A model generated the notes under the pieces. That model was not told the DNA's origin, did not search any database, and saw only the letters and a list, made by a program, of their open reading frames with translations. The position numbers and the translations under genes were made by a program. Shown one piece after another: positions 1 through 9,314 of a stretch of 32,000 bases of DNA (within the stretch, counting starts at the first letter, position 1; each line of letters opens with the position of its first letter). The stretch is from Candidatus Paracaedimonas acanthamoebae (GTDB lineage: Bacteria; Pseudomonadota; Alphaproteobacteria; Caedimonadales; Caedimonadaceae), in the NCBI GenBank assembly GCA_000743035.1, contig CP008939.1, positions 137,124 to 169,123 of the forward strand. Direction: 5' to 3'.

Positions 1-128
1 TTTTGAAAATCATTTAAAACAACCAAAGCAAATTTTTCTAACGCTTATAACTACTTCAGCTTTTAAAGAGAATATTTGGTCTGAAGACTTAATTAATCAA
101 TCATTAACATTGAAAGACTTATTTTGAA

Positions 129-434
129 TTAAATAAGAGGGTTCTTCCGCACCGTCATTTTAATAGCAGCTTCGCTTTTTTGTTTTACCTTGTAGAGATC
201 ATATTCTAATTGTAATTCTAGCCAGAAGCGGGGAGTTGTCCCAAAGTATCTTGCAAGCCTAAGGGCTGTGTCTGCTGTAATCGAACGGCGACCGTTCAGA
301 ATATAATTAATCCTATCCGCTGTTACATCAAGATCTCTAGCCAACTTATTTTGGCTCAAACCATTAGGGATCATAAATTTACGTTCTAGGTAAGAACCTG
401 GTGATTCAGGAGAAATGTTAGGTTGTGTATTCAT
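129..434 (-). CDS. higA: HigA-type (XRE/VapI family) antitoxin-like HTH protein
   Basis: 101-aa ORF. The HTH core GLSQNKLARDLDVTADRINYILNGRRSITADTALRLARYFGTTPRFWLELQ is the typical HigA/VapI signature. There is no intact partner toxin ORF of 60 aa or more in 435-634. Confidence 0.75.
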   Translation of the reverse strand: MNTQPNISPESPGSYLERKFMIPNGLSQNKLARDLDVTADRINYILNGRRSITADTALRLARYFGTTPRFWLELQLEYDLYKVKQKSEAAIKMTVRKNPLI

Positions 435-634
435 GTATTATTTACAGTTTGCCATTTGCTATCACCCAATAGTAGATGGTTGAAGATAATATGTCAACAA
501 ATGAGTAATATAAATCATACCTAAGTATATTTTACTCATAGTTATAAGCTTTCTTCCCTCTTAAAGTTTTAATTGCTGCCTAATTGATAGTTAATAAAGG
601 GGCAACCAAACATTCATCACTAAGGAGGGTTTAA

Positions 635-1768
635 ATGCGTGTAAGGGAATTATTTTTAGCTTTTATATTGTTTTCTATAAGTGTGGCGCCTAGCTATGCT
701 AGTCATCAAAGGAGCAGAGATTTTGAATGGTACGAAGAAAAGCCAGTTAAACCAACAATTCTTGTTCATCGAACTATCTATACGCCACCTGCTGTTTGCC
801 AGGTAGAAGTCTTCAAAAAATCATGTGGAACAAATCAACGTTGTAAAGAACAAAAAGAAGCTTGTGGAGATAAAGTCTCTGAAGAGTTTACAGATGTTGT
901 CTTATCTACACAGACACGGCTTTCACAAGTCACAATCCATGATGGTAAATATAGTGGCAATAAAGGAATAGATGATCTTAGAAGTTTACGCACAGAAAAT
1001 GCTTCTTATTTAATCTCAACCGAAAACAAGGCTGACCGCTCAAAATTAAATAGAAAAACTAATCAGCATAGTATGCAAGCGAATGCGACTATTATTACAA
1101 AGCTTTCTAATAGCGGAAAGATTACATCTCAACAACATGATCAATTTAAAACGGATATTCAAGATGGTCGTATGATTAGAGGCTATTCTCATGTTGCTTT
1201 AAAGCCTGCTAACGATAACAAGCCAATGTTTAATCAATCTTATGGAGTTGTTTTTTCAGAACATCAAGATTTAAGAAAAAGAGAAGAGCAAAGCTATTGT
1301 AACACTATACATTCACAAGTTATGGCAGAAGCTTCAAAGCCAGGGGCACGTCCGACACCAGCTTTAATTAGCTTAAATTCAACATGCCAGTATTATGCTT
1401 CTCAAATACCTCAACAACCAGCAAATATGAATTATTCAGCTACTCAAAGACCACATAATATATCATCAACCAATCAAAGGCAGTCAATTGTAAGAGTTAG
1501 CTCTTATGAGTATGACGAACAAATTTGCTACAATGTCCAATATAGCCAACAGAACTTGAGTAATTTCATAAAATATTTGACTAACAGAAACCATTCTAAA
1601 GCATCTATAGCAAGAAATTCTCATGTAACTGATGCTGTTATAACCAGTATTATAAATAACCCAAGGTATGAACCAAAAATCTACGATTTGGAAGTTATTT
1701 GGAATTTAATTCAGCAAAAATATCAGAATGAATTTAATAAATGGGCTGCTACAATATATAGGCATTAG
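635..1768 (+). CDS. Secreted protein of unknown function (signal peptide, Cys-rich N-terminal part, Q/N/S-rich)
   Basis: Strong SD (aaggaggg, 7 nt before the ATG). N-terminus MRVRELFLAFILFSISVAPSYA looks like a Sec signal peptide. A hairpin terminator follows. I recognise no family. Confidence 0.6.
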   Translation: MRVRELFLAFILFSISVAPSYASHQRSRDFEWYEEKPVKPTILVHRTIYTPPAVCQVEVFKKSCGTNQRCKEQKEACGDKVSEEFTDVVLSTQTRLSQVTIHDGKYSGNKGIDDLRSLRTENASYLISTENKADRSKLNRKTNQHSMQANATIITKLSNSGKITSQQHDQFKTDIQDGRMIRGYSHVALKPANDNKPMFNQSYGVVFSEHQDLRKREEQSYCNTIHSQVMAEASKPGARPTPALISLNSTCQYYASQIPQQPANMNYSATQRPHNISSTNQRQSIVRVSSYEYDEQICYNVQYSQQNLSNFIKYLTNRNHSKASIARNSHVTDAVITSIINNPRYEPKIYDLEVIWNLIQQKYQNEFNKWAATIYRH

Positions 1769-1777
1769 TTCTTAGAA

Positions 1778-1816
1778 AGGCTGCCATTATCAGGCAGCCT
1801 CAAATTATATTTTTAT
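1778..1816 (+). terminator. Rho-independent terminator downstream of 635..1768
   Basis: Perfect 8-bp stem aggctgcc (1778-1785) / ggcagcct (1793-1800) with a 7-nt loop, followed by a T-rich tract. Confidence 0.6.
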
Positions 1817-2081
1817 AAAAAATTATTGATTTTCAAATTGATAATTAATACCATTTTCCATAATATATATTATGCGATTAAAAATATCTTTAAAATTTAC
1901 TGTATAATTTAAATAAAACAATTATATACATTTAAAGTTCTTTAAAATCCTTATATTAGACATTATATTCTATAATATGAGGTCGTCTGACATATACGGA
2001 GAAAGTTTCGTTCCAGTGGGCTTGAGCCCCCAGAACGTGTTAAAGCAGGAATTGAAGCTGCCCATAGAAAAAGAAGAAAAG

Positions 2082-2516
2082 ATGAGTAAAATATTTCAAT
2101 TATGTAATTCCATAGTTATGGTGGCATTATTGAGTTCGACGTGTTTAGGGACTACCCTAGAAGGTGAGGATACACATCAACACCATGGAACAAGTATAGC
2201 GCTCGGAAGAAATAATCAAATACAGGGCACAGGCTTTAATGAGATAGACTACCAGACGAAGATGCGGCAATTAGACCTAGATGAGGAAAATTTTTCAGTT
2301 ATAAATAATGTATTAGTAGGTTGCTACTCGGCTCTTATAGGAAGCTTCTTATCTGAAAGAGTGCTGAAGGGAGTGATTAAGTCTGATTCGATACGATGGG
2401 GGATAGGAGTTGGTACATTCATATTCTCAGCCGCATGTTTATATAAACTTTACAAAAGTAGATACGATGACAAGCGAAAAGATATTATGAGACAGCATGG
2501 AGTCACCCCCAATTAA
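2082..2516 (+). CDS. Hypothetical membrane or secreted protein
   Basis: The ORF is open from 1977. The internal ATG at 2082 gives MSKIFQLCNSIVMVALLSSTCLG, which is signal-peptide-like. A C-terminal hydrophobic helix WGIGVGTFIFSAACLY is present. Confidence 0.45.
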   Translation: MSKIFQLCNSIVMVALLSSTCLGTTLEGEDTHQHHGTSIALGRNNQIQGTGFNEIDYQTKMRQLDLDEENFSVINNVLVGCYSALIGSFLSERVLKGVIKSDSIRWGIGVGTFIFSAACLYKLYKSRYDDKRKDIMRQHGVTPN

Positions 2517-2564
2517 ATATCCAGTTTTAAATTCGTATTTTAGTTAATATTATTTTCATTTTTA

Positions 2565-2792
2565 TCACAATTTTAATAACTTTTTTATGTAGCCTTGATC
2601 TTTTATGTTTAGCTTTGGCAAAGTATTTTTCAAAGTAAGACCTAATTGATATGTTTTAGCCATATCAGGCGTTAAGGATGTTGTTGGCCTTTGAACTACA
2701 AACCATACAATTAACATTGTTGAAGCCAACGATCCTACACAAAAGCTGGCTGCCATTAATATTACTCGACGAGTTAACAAGCATTTTGTCAT
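2565..2792 (-). CDS. Small hypothetical membrane protein
   Basis: 75-aa ORF with one hydrophobic segment (VILMAASFCVGSLASTMLIVWFVV). No recognisable family. Confidence 0.3.
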   Translation of the reverse strand: MTKCLLTRRVILMAASFCVGSLASTMLIVWFVVQRPTTSLTPDMAKTYQLGLTLKNTLPKLNIKDQGYIKKLLKL

Positions 2793-2825
2793 TTCTAAGG
2801 ATTGTTGTGCATGGTTAACCGAGGA

Positions 2826-3029
2826 TTAAAGCCCTGATAGAATCATATTAAGTCTTTCATCAACTGATTGATGAATATGCTTTATAATTTGATTTGCGGC
2901 TTGTTCCGTTGAAGAATTTAACTGCTCCCCAAGTGTAGTAGGCACTTGCTCAATAAGCCCCTCAAACTCTTCAAAATGAGCAATAAACCTTTTTGAAGTA
3001 TATTTTCTAGATCGTACTTTTTTATACAA
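2826..3029 (-). CDS. Hypothetical small ORF, possibly part of a degraded gene together with 3022..3255
   Basis: 67-aa ORF that overlaps the stop of the upstream ORF by 8 nt. No recognisable motif. Confidence 0.2.
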   Translation of the reverse strand: MYKKVRSRKYTSKRFIAHFEEFEGLIEQVPTTLGEQLNSSTEQAANQIIKHIHQSVDERLNMILSGL

Positions 3030-3255
3030 ATGGGGCTGATACCCCTAAGAGTGCATTTTCAATCCGCGTGGAAGCACCAATCATACTAGCTTTTGCAAGT
3101 TTATGGATAAATAGAAGTTCATCCTCAGAAAATGTCTGAATTTTCCCATAAATTTTAACAAGTTGGTTATCTAGATCTTTTAAGACAGCAATAAAGGGTA
3201 TAATATCAAAACTTAACATACTTTTATCTTTCAGATGTCTCAAGTTACAAGCCAT
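3022..3255 (-). pseudogene. Possible Fic-family N-terminal (Fic_N-like) fragment
   Basis: LLFIHKLAKASMIGASTRIENAL resembles the Fic_N motif (EA..SS.IEG). No HPFxxGNGR Fic core follows, so it is probably a truncated remnant. Confidence 0.3.
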
Positions 3256-3383
3256 CCTTTTAACTTTGTATATCTTCTTTTCATATTCTTATCTTTCACA
3301 GCCATGGCTAAAGATGTCTTTTGCTCGACTAAGATGACAAGTTTTTTTCCGCGCGTGATGCCTGTGTAAATCTGAAGAAGCAA
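3240..3383 (-). pseudogene. C-terminal remnant of a RecD2/TraA-type SF1 helicase
   Basis: My minus-strand translation gives LLLQIYTGITRGKKLVILVEQKTSLAMAVKDKNMKRRYTKLKGWLVT*. This matches the conserved C-terminus of RecD-like helicases (YTaiTRakk.lvlvg...al..av.n....RrytgL). A stop lies immediately upstream and no N-terminal part is present. Confidence 0.5.
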
Positions 3384-3516
3384 TCATTCTAAACTTTATA
3401 TTAGGCAAGAAAATGCTTGTTGAAAAAACGTCTTCTCTAACACTCGGAGAACAAGTTTAAAGGAAGCCGAGACATAATTTGATCTTTAAATTCTGAGTCA
3501 TAATGGTATTCAACCC

Positions 3517-6500
3517 TTATATATTAAATTTAAATGAACTTTTCTGATTGATACTTTGGCTCATTTCTTGTTTATGAAACTCTGCTCTTTGTTTAATGAT
3601 CTTTTCAATTCCTAACTCTTGAGCTTTGGCTTTTAGCTCTGAATCTTGCCATATTGCATAAGCATGTGTACGTGATTCTTTGAGTAATTCTTTAACAATC
3701 GCTTTTTCTTCTCCTTTAGCTGCAATAAATGAAGACAACTTTTTAAGCTTTTCTTCACAAGCAAGATAATGATCCAAAGCATTAAAATTTTGCTTGGCTA
3801 TATCTTTGTTTTGCGTGTTGTTCTCTGTTGTGCGGCCATCCCTAGGACAAACAATTTGTTTTTCAAGTGATCTGACTTCAAGGGTTTGTTTATAGGAGTC
3901 TTCTTGGAAAACGGCAACATTTTTGAAAGCTTCTTGAACAGCTTTGATCCCTTCTTCTTTAAGAACATCATTAAAGTCACGACCTTTTTCTCCTTGTGGT
4001 CTTATAATTGAGACCTTGAATCCTTCTTGTTTGAGTTTTTCTAATGCACGCTCAGATGTCTTCCATGCTGCTGAAGTAGGGTTATCTGCATCTCCACAAA
4101 GAATAACAGGCTCGCCTTCTTTGAGATGGGCACTGATATTATTCATATTAGAAAGCCCTAAAGATACGAGGATTCTACCATTAATATGTACTTCTTTCAA
4201 GGATAAAGCTGTCTCTATACCTTCTGCAACATACGTTATCCCTTCTCCTTTTTGAATCTCAACAATCGTGCCTTTAATTGTGCCTTTTGATTTCTTCTTA
4301 ACAGCAACATCTGCCTTGTTGGCAGATATAGGATCTAGATAAATCAATTGGTGAGCAGTTAACTGTTCATTATGGTCACGTGAGAAAGAAACAAGAACTG
4401 GATGAGCTTTACCCTTATCGTAATCTTTATAATCCGGGATAAACTTTAAATCCTCTGGCAGCTCAGTTGTCTTAATCTTTCGGTGCTCTCTTAAGTAGCG
4501 CTCAGCTAGCGTTCCTTCTATTGACTTTGAACTATCATAAAGCTTCTTAGTTTCCTCTTGAGATTTTTCTATCTTAATCTTTTCATCATATTCAGCTTGT
4601 TGTTTAAAAGCGTTTTGTCTTTTATTTCTCTCTTCCCAATTAACCTGCGTTAAGTGAGGTGCATTAATCTCTTGACCTATCTGTTTAATCGCTTCTCCAT
4701 AAGATATATTCTGAGCTTTACTTACATAATTAAAGATATCACCACCTTCGTTAGAGCCATGATTATACCATGTTCGTGTGTTACTATAGATAATAAAGTC
4801 ACCCCTTTCACCGTATCTTATTTTGCTAGCATCATATGAAGGCTTAGGATTTGTTATCCAGTGTTCTATATGCCGAGCATAAATGCTTTCAATTTGTGAA
4901 TTCGAAAGTCGAGCTAAAACTTCTTCTTTATCATAAGTATTAATAACTCTACTCTTTAGGCCTTCATTTACTGAATAATCTTTTCGCTGGCGTTCCACTT
5001 TATTGCTGAATGTAGAATCATCAGAATTCCTCTCCTTTTTAAGGATATCCCATTCCAATGAAACTTTCTTATTATCTCGATAGGTATTCTCAAGGTCCTC
5101 AATTGTTTTAAGGGATAACTCTTTACCTTCTTGGTGAGCTTTAAGCCACCCCTGTTCAAACTTAAGCTTTTGAAGATCCAAATTTTGTTCTTTAATAAGA
5201 TTATAAAGTCCTTTATCAACACTCCCCCGCTCTCCTAATGTAAATGAGACTAGCTTATCTGCAAGTTGAGTTCTCTCTTCTATTACTTTGGCTTCTTTGT
5301 AAGATGATATCATCCCTCTAACCTCACCGAACACCGCATGCTTTAAAAGGATTTCTTCTTTAAGGCCTAGTCTTTCAATAAGAGGCTGTGCATCGCTATA
5401 GTTCTCAATAATTTGAAAGGCTAGTAAATCCCTACTTTTTGCATTCTCTTTGGCTTTTTGTTGGTAAACTTCAATAAGTGATGACTTAACTGCTGTTTTT
5501 TCAAGCTCTTTAAGATGCTTGAAAGCAGCCACACTTTGGTAATGAGAAGATTGATAACCTTGAATTTGCTTATAAATAAAACGTTCATCAAAAGTTAATT
5601 GAGATTCATATCTTTCTGATTGCTTTTGGAGTATGTATTGTTTTGCTTGTTCTTGTGCCGCTTTAAACCCTTGAGGGCGTTGCTCATAAACAGTTCCCTG
5701 ATAAGTCTCATAAGCCCCTTCATGTGCTTTAACTTTAAAGAAAGGCTTATACAACATCGGAAAGCTAGAGATTTCATAGGCAAGTTCATTTCGCGCGTCC
5801 TTGATCTTGGCGTAAGTCTCATATTCTGGATGGTGATGTGATAAAGAACCTGGATGCGTCTTCGAAATCTCTTTCCATAAGTTGCGTGCTTGATGAGAGA
5901 TGTTGAAGTAAGTCTCAACTTTATCGAGTGCTGCCTCTTCTACAGCGCTCAGAAGCTTTTTACGGAGTCCTGCTTGAACTTCTAATGTCTCTCGTCTCAC
6001 CCCTGTTTGGTGCATAAAAGAAGAGCATTGAACCCAATTACGCAAGATCTCTTTAGCATCTTTGTTTCTTGTTTGAACGAGCTTGTTATATTGGCCCCAT
6101 TCTTTCGTTAAAGAGATTTCTTTACCTTCTTGATCTGCTTGTAAAGTAAGAGCATCAATCTTTGTCCTTAGATTGCCCGCGTCTCTAGAGATTTCCCAAT
6201 AGTGTTGAACAACATTAAAGTAAGGCTTTTGATGTTCCGCAAGATCATAATCTGTACTCAGGCCTTTATAATCAGATCTTGAGACATGGCTCACCATTGA
6301 TTTCAAATCTGAAGCAATTTCTTTAGAGACATACCCCTTAAAGTTATCTTTATGGCGTGTAAGCCATATGAGTAGTTGATTGCTGTTAAAAGAGCTAAAG
6401 AAGCCATAAGAATGATCAAAAGTGGCCCCTTGGGACTTGTTAATAGTGACCGCATAGCCATGGGTCAGAGAATCATAAGACTTTGAATCAAAGCCAACGA

Positions 6501-8823
6501 GTCTCCCATCATGAAGCCTGACTTCAACAGTTTGTCGCTTCAAATCAAATGATTCTATAATCCCCAGCGTTCCATTCTTAACGCCCTCTCCTTCTCTCTT
6601 TCCGTTTTCAAGCGTTTTTATATGCCTTTCTTTATGATCATTTTCAAGAAACATAACACGATCCCCTACAGTAAAACGTCTGCCATAAGCTGATTTCCTA
6701 AAATGTTGTGTTTTAGGCTTTAAAATAGATTGTTGTGGATTAAGTATCCCCTCTCCTTCTCGTCCAAAGATAAATTCCTCACCTAACTTACCTTGAGACT
6801 TTAACGCACCCCTGAGGAGCTCATTAAGTTCAACAACGTCCTTATTTTTTTGCGCTAAAGCCATATGAGTTTGATGAGGAGCTTGCTCAATTCCTTCTAA
6901 GTAATCTGCAACAAGAGATATTTTACTCTCAAAATCTCGTTCTCTAAAATCAAAATGACCGCGTTCATAATAAGGTTTTAATCCTTCTTCAATCCGATGC
7001 TCATTCAAAAGTGCTGAAGCTTCACGCATCCATTGCTCTTTTTGACGAACAACACCTTTAATCTCATAAGCGCCAACCTTCTCTTCAATAAGTCGTGCCG
7101 CATCAAGACCATAAAGTGCTTTAATCTGCTTATTATCTTGAACAATCCGAAGTTGAGCCCCTGATCTTTCAACTTCTTGGAGAAGACTCTTCCATAAAGA
7201 GCCATGAACCATACTGCCTTCATCAAGAATAACTACATGCTTATCGGTTAAACGCCATTCTTGAAGCCTCTCCACTTCCATTTTGGCTTTTGCAAGAGCT
7301 TGACCCTTAAGCTCTTTCTTATCAATGATGGTTTTTAGTTTATCTTGGGCATTCCATCTATTATTCAACTGATCAAGCGTATAGCCTTCAACATTCAGTT
7401 CATTTGCCAGTTGATCAGCAACTTTACCTTGAAAAGCAGTGCCAATAACATTAAATCCTGATTTTTTATAAGCCTCAACCACAGGCTGGAGGACAGTACT
7501 TTTTCCTGTCCCTGCTTTACCCGTTAAAACATTAATTGCAGTTTTAGAAAGAAGATGATCTATGGCCCCTAACTGCTCTTCAGTAAATATAATCTCTTGC
7601 TCTTTTTGAATCTTATCAATGGCTGTGAATTTATATTTTTCAGCAATGTGAGAACTACTTTTCTGTTTCAAAAGATCAACTGTTTTAGCAATTGATGTCT
7701 CAAGTTCTTTCATCTCATGTGAGGTATAAAATGCTTGTCCTTTGATATTCTCTCCTAAATAAATGGCATGGTTTTGAGACAAAATTTTTGCAGTAAAACT
7801 ATCAATAGTTCTTGCGTAATCATCTTTTTTGAACTGAATACTCTTGCTCTCATAGATAGAATTATCGTTTAAAGTCTTCCCAATTATGGCAATAGATGGG
7901 ATCTCAATTCCATCAACTTTAGCCTTCAAAACTGTGTAAAGTTTGTCATCACCACCGACCCGTTTGAAGATCTCTTTAGCTAAATCTACTTGTGTAAAGA
8001 CAGCTTTTTGAGACGCCACAACTTTAATGATTTCTTCAGGATGGTTGAGAAGAATTTCAATGTTTTTCTGTCGGATCTCTTCGTTATCTTGCACATTTTG
8101 ACTTAATTCTTGGAGACGATGCCTTGCATTAGGGCCTAAATGTTTTGTTGCAATAAGCTTAATCCCTTGATCTTTATAAGACCGGTGATCTAGATGGTAA
8201 TCATACCCTTTCTCTTGCGCATATTGATTGCAGATATCTGCCATCTGCTTACGCATTTCAACAAGCTTTTCTCTCTCAATAACAAATCTTTTTTCAGAGA
8301 AAGATCCTTCAATGAGAGGGCGGGTTGTTGCAATTATGTGGAGATGAGGATTACCCTTCATATCATGAATGGCATACTGAGCAACTAAACCATTGCTCAC
8401 GTAACATTCTTTTACAATCTTACGTGCAAGCTCTCGTAAATGATCCTTATCTGTAATCTCAAGTGGCAATGCAAAATCAGCTTTAAAACTCGTCTTACAA
8501 GAAGAGAGAAACTTCTCTTTTCCTCTTAAACTTTTTTCATTTTTCTCGAGATCTTTGTGTCCTTTAAATCTTTTTTCAGCAATGTAGTCTTCAAATCTCT
8601 CAACTTCATTCCACAATGAATTAGGGTCATAAACCCATTCAGGAGAATTCTCTGGAGCGAGTATTTCTGAATATAAAACATTATGGGTTTTTTTGGAGTA
8701 ATCCCAGGTCATGCCTGTGCGCTCATCTTTCACAATAGAGCCTGAAATATAGGCAGCATGAGAGCAAGCAGAGCCTCCTCCGCTTCTCGATGTATAACTC
8801 ATGTGTGAATGATAAATAGCCAT
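3517..8823 (-). CDS. traA: Conjugative relaxase TraA: MobA/MobL relaxase + RecD-like helicase + C-terminal Toprim primase-like domain
   Basis: The N-terminus MAIYHSHMSYTSRSGGGSACSHAAYISG and HDMKGNPHLHIIATTRP are MobA/MobL motifs I and III. Walker A is LTGKAGTGKST (nt 7501-7530), Walker B is VVILDEGSM, and the helicase C-terminal motif is AVTINKSQGATFDH. A primase-like region follows (GGDIFNYVSKAQNISYGEAIKQIG), then a Toprim domain with AEGIETA and VILCGDADN (nt 4081-4110). Confidence 0.9.
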   Translation of the reverse strand: MAIYHSHMSYTSRSGGGSACSHAAYISGSIVKDERTGMTWDYSKKTHNVLYSEILAPENSPEWVYDPNSLWNEVERFEDYIAEKRFKGHKDLEKNEKSLRGKEKFLSSCKTSFKADFALPLEITDKDHLRELARKIVKECYVSNGLVAQYAIHDMKGNPHLHIIATTRPLIEGSFSEKRFVIEREKLVEMRKQMADICNQYAQEKGYDYHLDHRSYKDQGIKLIATKHLGPNARHRLQELSQNVQDNEEIRQKNIEILLNHPEEIIKVVASQKAVFTQVDLAKEIFKRVGGDDKLYTVLKAKVDGIEIPSIAIIGKTLNDNSIYESKSIQFKKDDYARTIDSFTAKILSQNHAIYLGENIKGQAFYTSHEMKELETSIAKTVDLLKQKSSSHIAEKYKFTAIDKIQKEQEIIFTEEQLGAIDHLLSKTAINVLTGKAGTGKSTVLQPVVEAYKKSGFNVIGTAFQGKVADQLANELNVEGYTLDQLNNRWNAQDKLKTIIDKKELKGQALAKAKMEVERLQEWRLTDKHVVILDEGSMVHGSLWKSLLQEVERSGAQLRIVQDNKQIKALYGLDAARLIEEKVGAYEIKGVVRQKEQWMREASALLNEHRIEEGLKPYYERGHFDFRERDFESKISLVADYLEGIEQAPHQTHMALAQKNKDVVELNELLRGALKSQGKLGEEFIFGREGEGILNPQQSILKPKTQHFRKSAYGRRFTVGDRVMFLENDHKERHIKTLENGKREGEGVKNGTLGIIESFDLKRQTVEVRLHDGRLVGFDSKSYDSLTHGYAVTINKSQGATFDHSYGFFSSFNSNQLLIWLTRHKDNFKGYVSKEIASDLKSMVSHVSRSDYKGLSTDYDLAEHQKPYFNVVQHYWEISRDAGNLRTKIDALTLQADQEGKEISLTKEWGQYNKLVQTRNKDAKEILRNWVQCSSFMHQTGVRRETLEVQAGLRKKLLSAVEEAALDKVETYFNISHQARNLWKEISKTHPGSLSHHHPEYETYAKIKDARNELAYEISSFPMLYKPFFKVKAHEGAYETYQGTVYEQRPQGFKAAQEQAKQYILQKQSERYESQLTFDERFIYKQIQGYQSSHYQSVAAFKHLKELEKTAVKSSLIEVYQQKAKENAKSRDLLAFQIIENYSDAQPLIERLGLKEEILLKHAVFGEVRGMISSYKEAKVIEERTQLADKLVSFTLGERGSVDKGLYNLIKEQNLDLQKLKFEQGWLKAHQEGKELSLKTIEDLENTYRDNKKVSLEWDILKKERNSDDSTFSNKVERQRKDYSVNEGLKSRVINTYDKEEVLARLSNSQIESIYARHIEHWITNPKPSYDASKIRYGERGDFIIYSNTRTWYNHGSNEGGDIFNYVSKAQNISYGEAIKQIGQEINAPHLTQVNWEERNKRQNAFKQQAEYDEKIKIEKSQEETKKLYDSSKSIEGTLAERYLREHRKIKTTELPEDLKFIPDYKDYDKGKAHPVLVSFSRDHNEQLTAHQLIYLDPISANKADVAVKKKSKGTIKGTIVEIQKGEGITYVAEGIETALSLKEVHINGRILVSLGLSNMNNISAHLKEGEPVILCGDADNPTSAAWKTSERALEKLKQEGFKVSIIRPQGEKGRDFNDVLKEEGIKAVQEAFKNVAVFQEDSYKQTLEVRSLEKQIVCPRDGRTTENNTQNKDIAKQNFNALDHYLACEEKLKKLSSFIAAKGEEKAIVKELLKESRTHAYAIWQDSELKAKAQELGIEKIIKQRAEFHKQEMSQSINQKSSFKFNI

Positions 8824-8857
8824 GCCACAGTATAGAGCCGCCGGCAGGGCCGCACAA

Positions 8858-8910
8858 GACGAATTTTAATCGTCGTTAAGTGCACCTTTAGAGTTTTGGC
8901 AAAAAACTCT
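8858..8910. promoter_or_regulatory. oriT: Candidate origin of transfer (oriT) with a MOBQ-like nick core
   Basis: It lies in the traA / traC divergent intergenic region. Elements in order are the IR gacga (8858-8862) / tcgtc (8870-8874), then ttaagtgcaccttt (8876-8889), then a perfect 8-bp IR agagtttt (8890-8897) / aaaactct (8903-8910). The core resembles the RSF1010/R1162 nick region TAAGTGCGCCCT as I recall it from memory. Confidence 0.55.
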
Positions 8911-9014
8911 TGCAGGACTACTGCTTTTTTGCTTATATATTTTTTATTCAAGTAAAGCTGTGGGGAGCTTTCCGATAAGAATCATTATTCAACATTTTTG
9001 GAAAGAGAATACTC

Positions 9015-9314
9015 ATGCAACAATACGATATAAAACTCTCTAAGCTTGACGAAAAAATTCTAAAGCTAGAAAAAGAAAAAATAGAATTACAAAAGAAGAA
9101 GAATGAAGAATTCTTATCTTTGTTGAATAAGGTACCGTCCCTTAACCTTGAGCCTCTTACATTAATTGGTGGGCTTCTTCATGTTGTAGATGAAGCCAAT
9201 AAAAAACCTGAGCTTAAGGAGAAGTGGCGCCAAGCCGCTCAGAAATTTTGTGGAAGAACACTCTCTCGTAAAGAGTTGGAAAAAGGTTCATCTTCTTCAC
9301 AAAAAAGTGCATAA
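9015..9314 (+). CDS. traC: TraC(Ti)-like relaxosome accessory protein
   Basis: 99-aa protein, first gene divergent from traA as in Ti-plasmid Dtr regions. It has an N-terminal coiled coil (KLDEKILKLEKEKIELQKKK) followed by LIGGLLHVVDEA. A possible sigma70 promoter is ttgcag (8910-8915), 17 nt spacer, ttatat (8933-8938). Confidence 0.5.
   Translation: MQQYDIKLSKLDEKILKLEKEKIELQKKKNEEFLSLLNKVPSLNLEPLTLIGGLLHVVDEANKKPELKEKWRQAAQKFCGRTLSRKELEKGSSSSQKSA

Noticed and set aside
2-127. Open frame running in from the left edge (…FKENIWSEDLINQSLTLKDLF*)
   Set aside because: Only 42 codons are visible, with no motif. I cannot distinguish a real 3' gene end from chance.
3798-8388. Track ORFs lying inside traA in other frames or on the other strand (3798..3980, 3944..4255, 4654..4839, 4968..5222, 5595..5918, 5620..5841, 7005..7226, 8194..8388)
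   Set aside because: All are embedded in the long, motif-rich traA reading frame. They have no SD or recognisable motifs and their composition is that of shadow frames.
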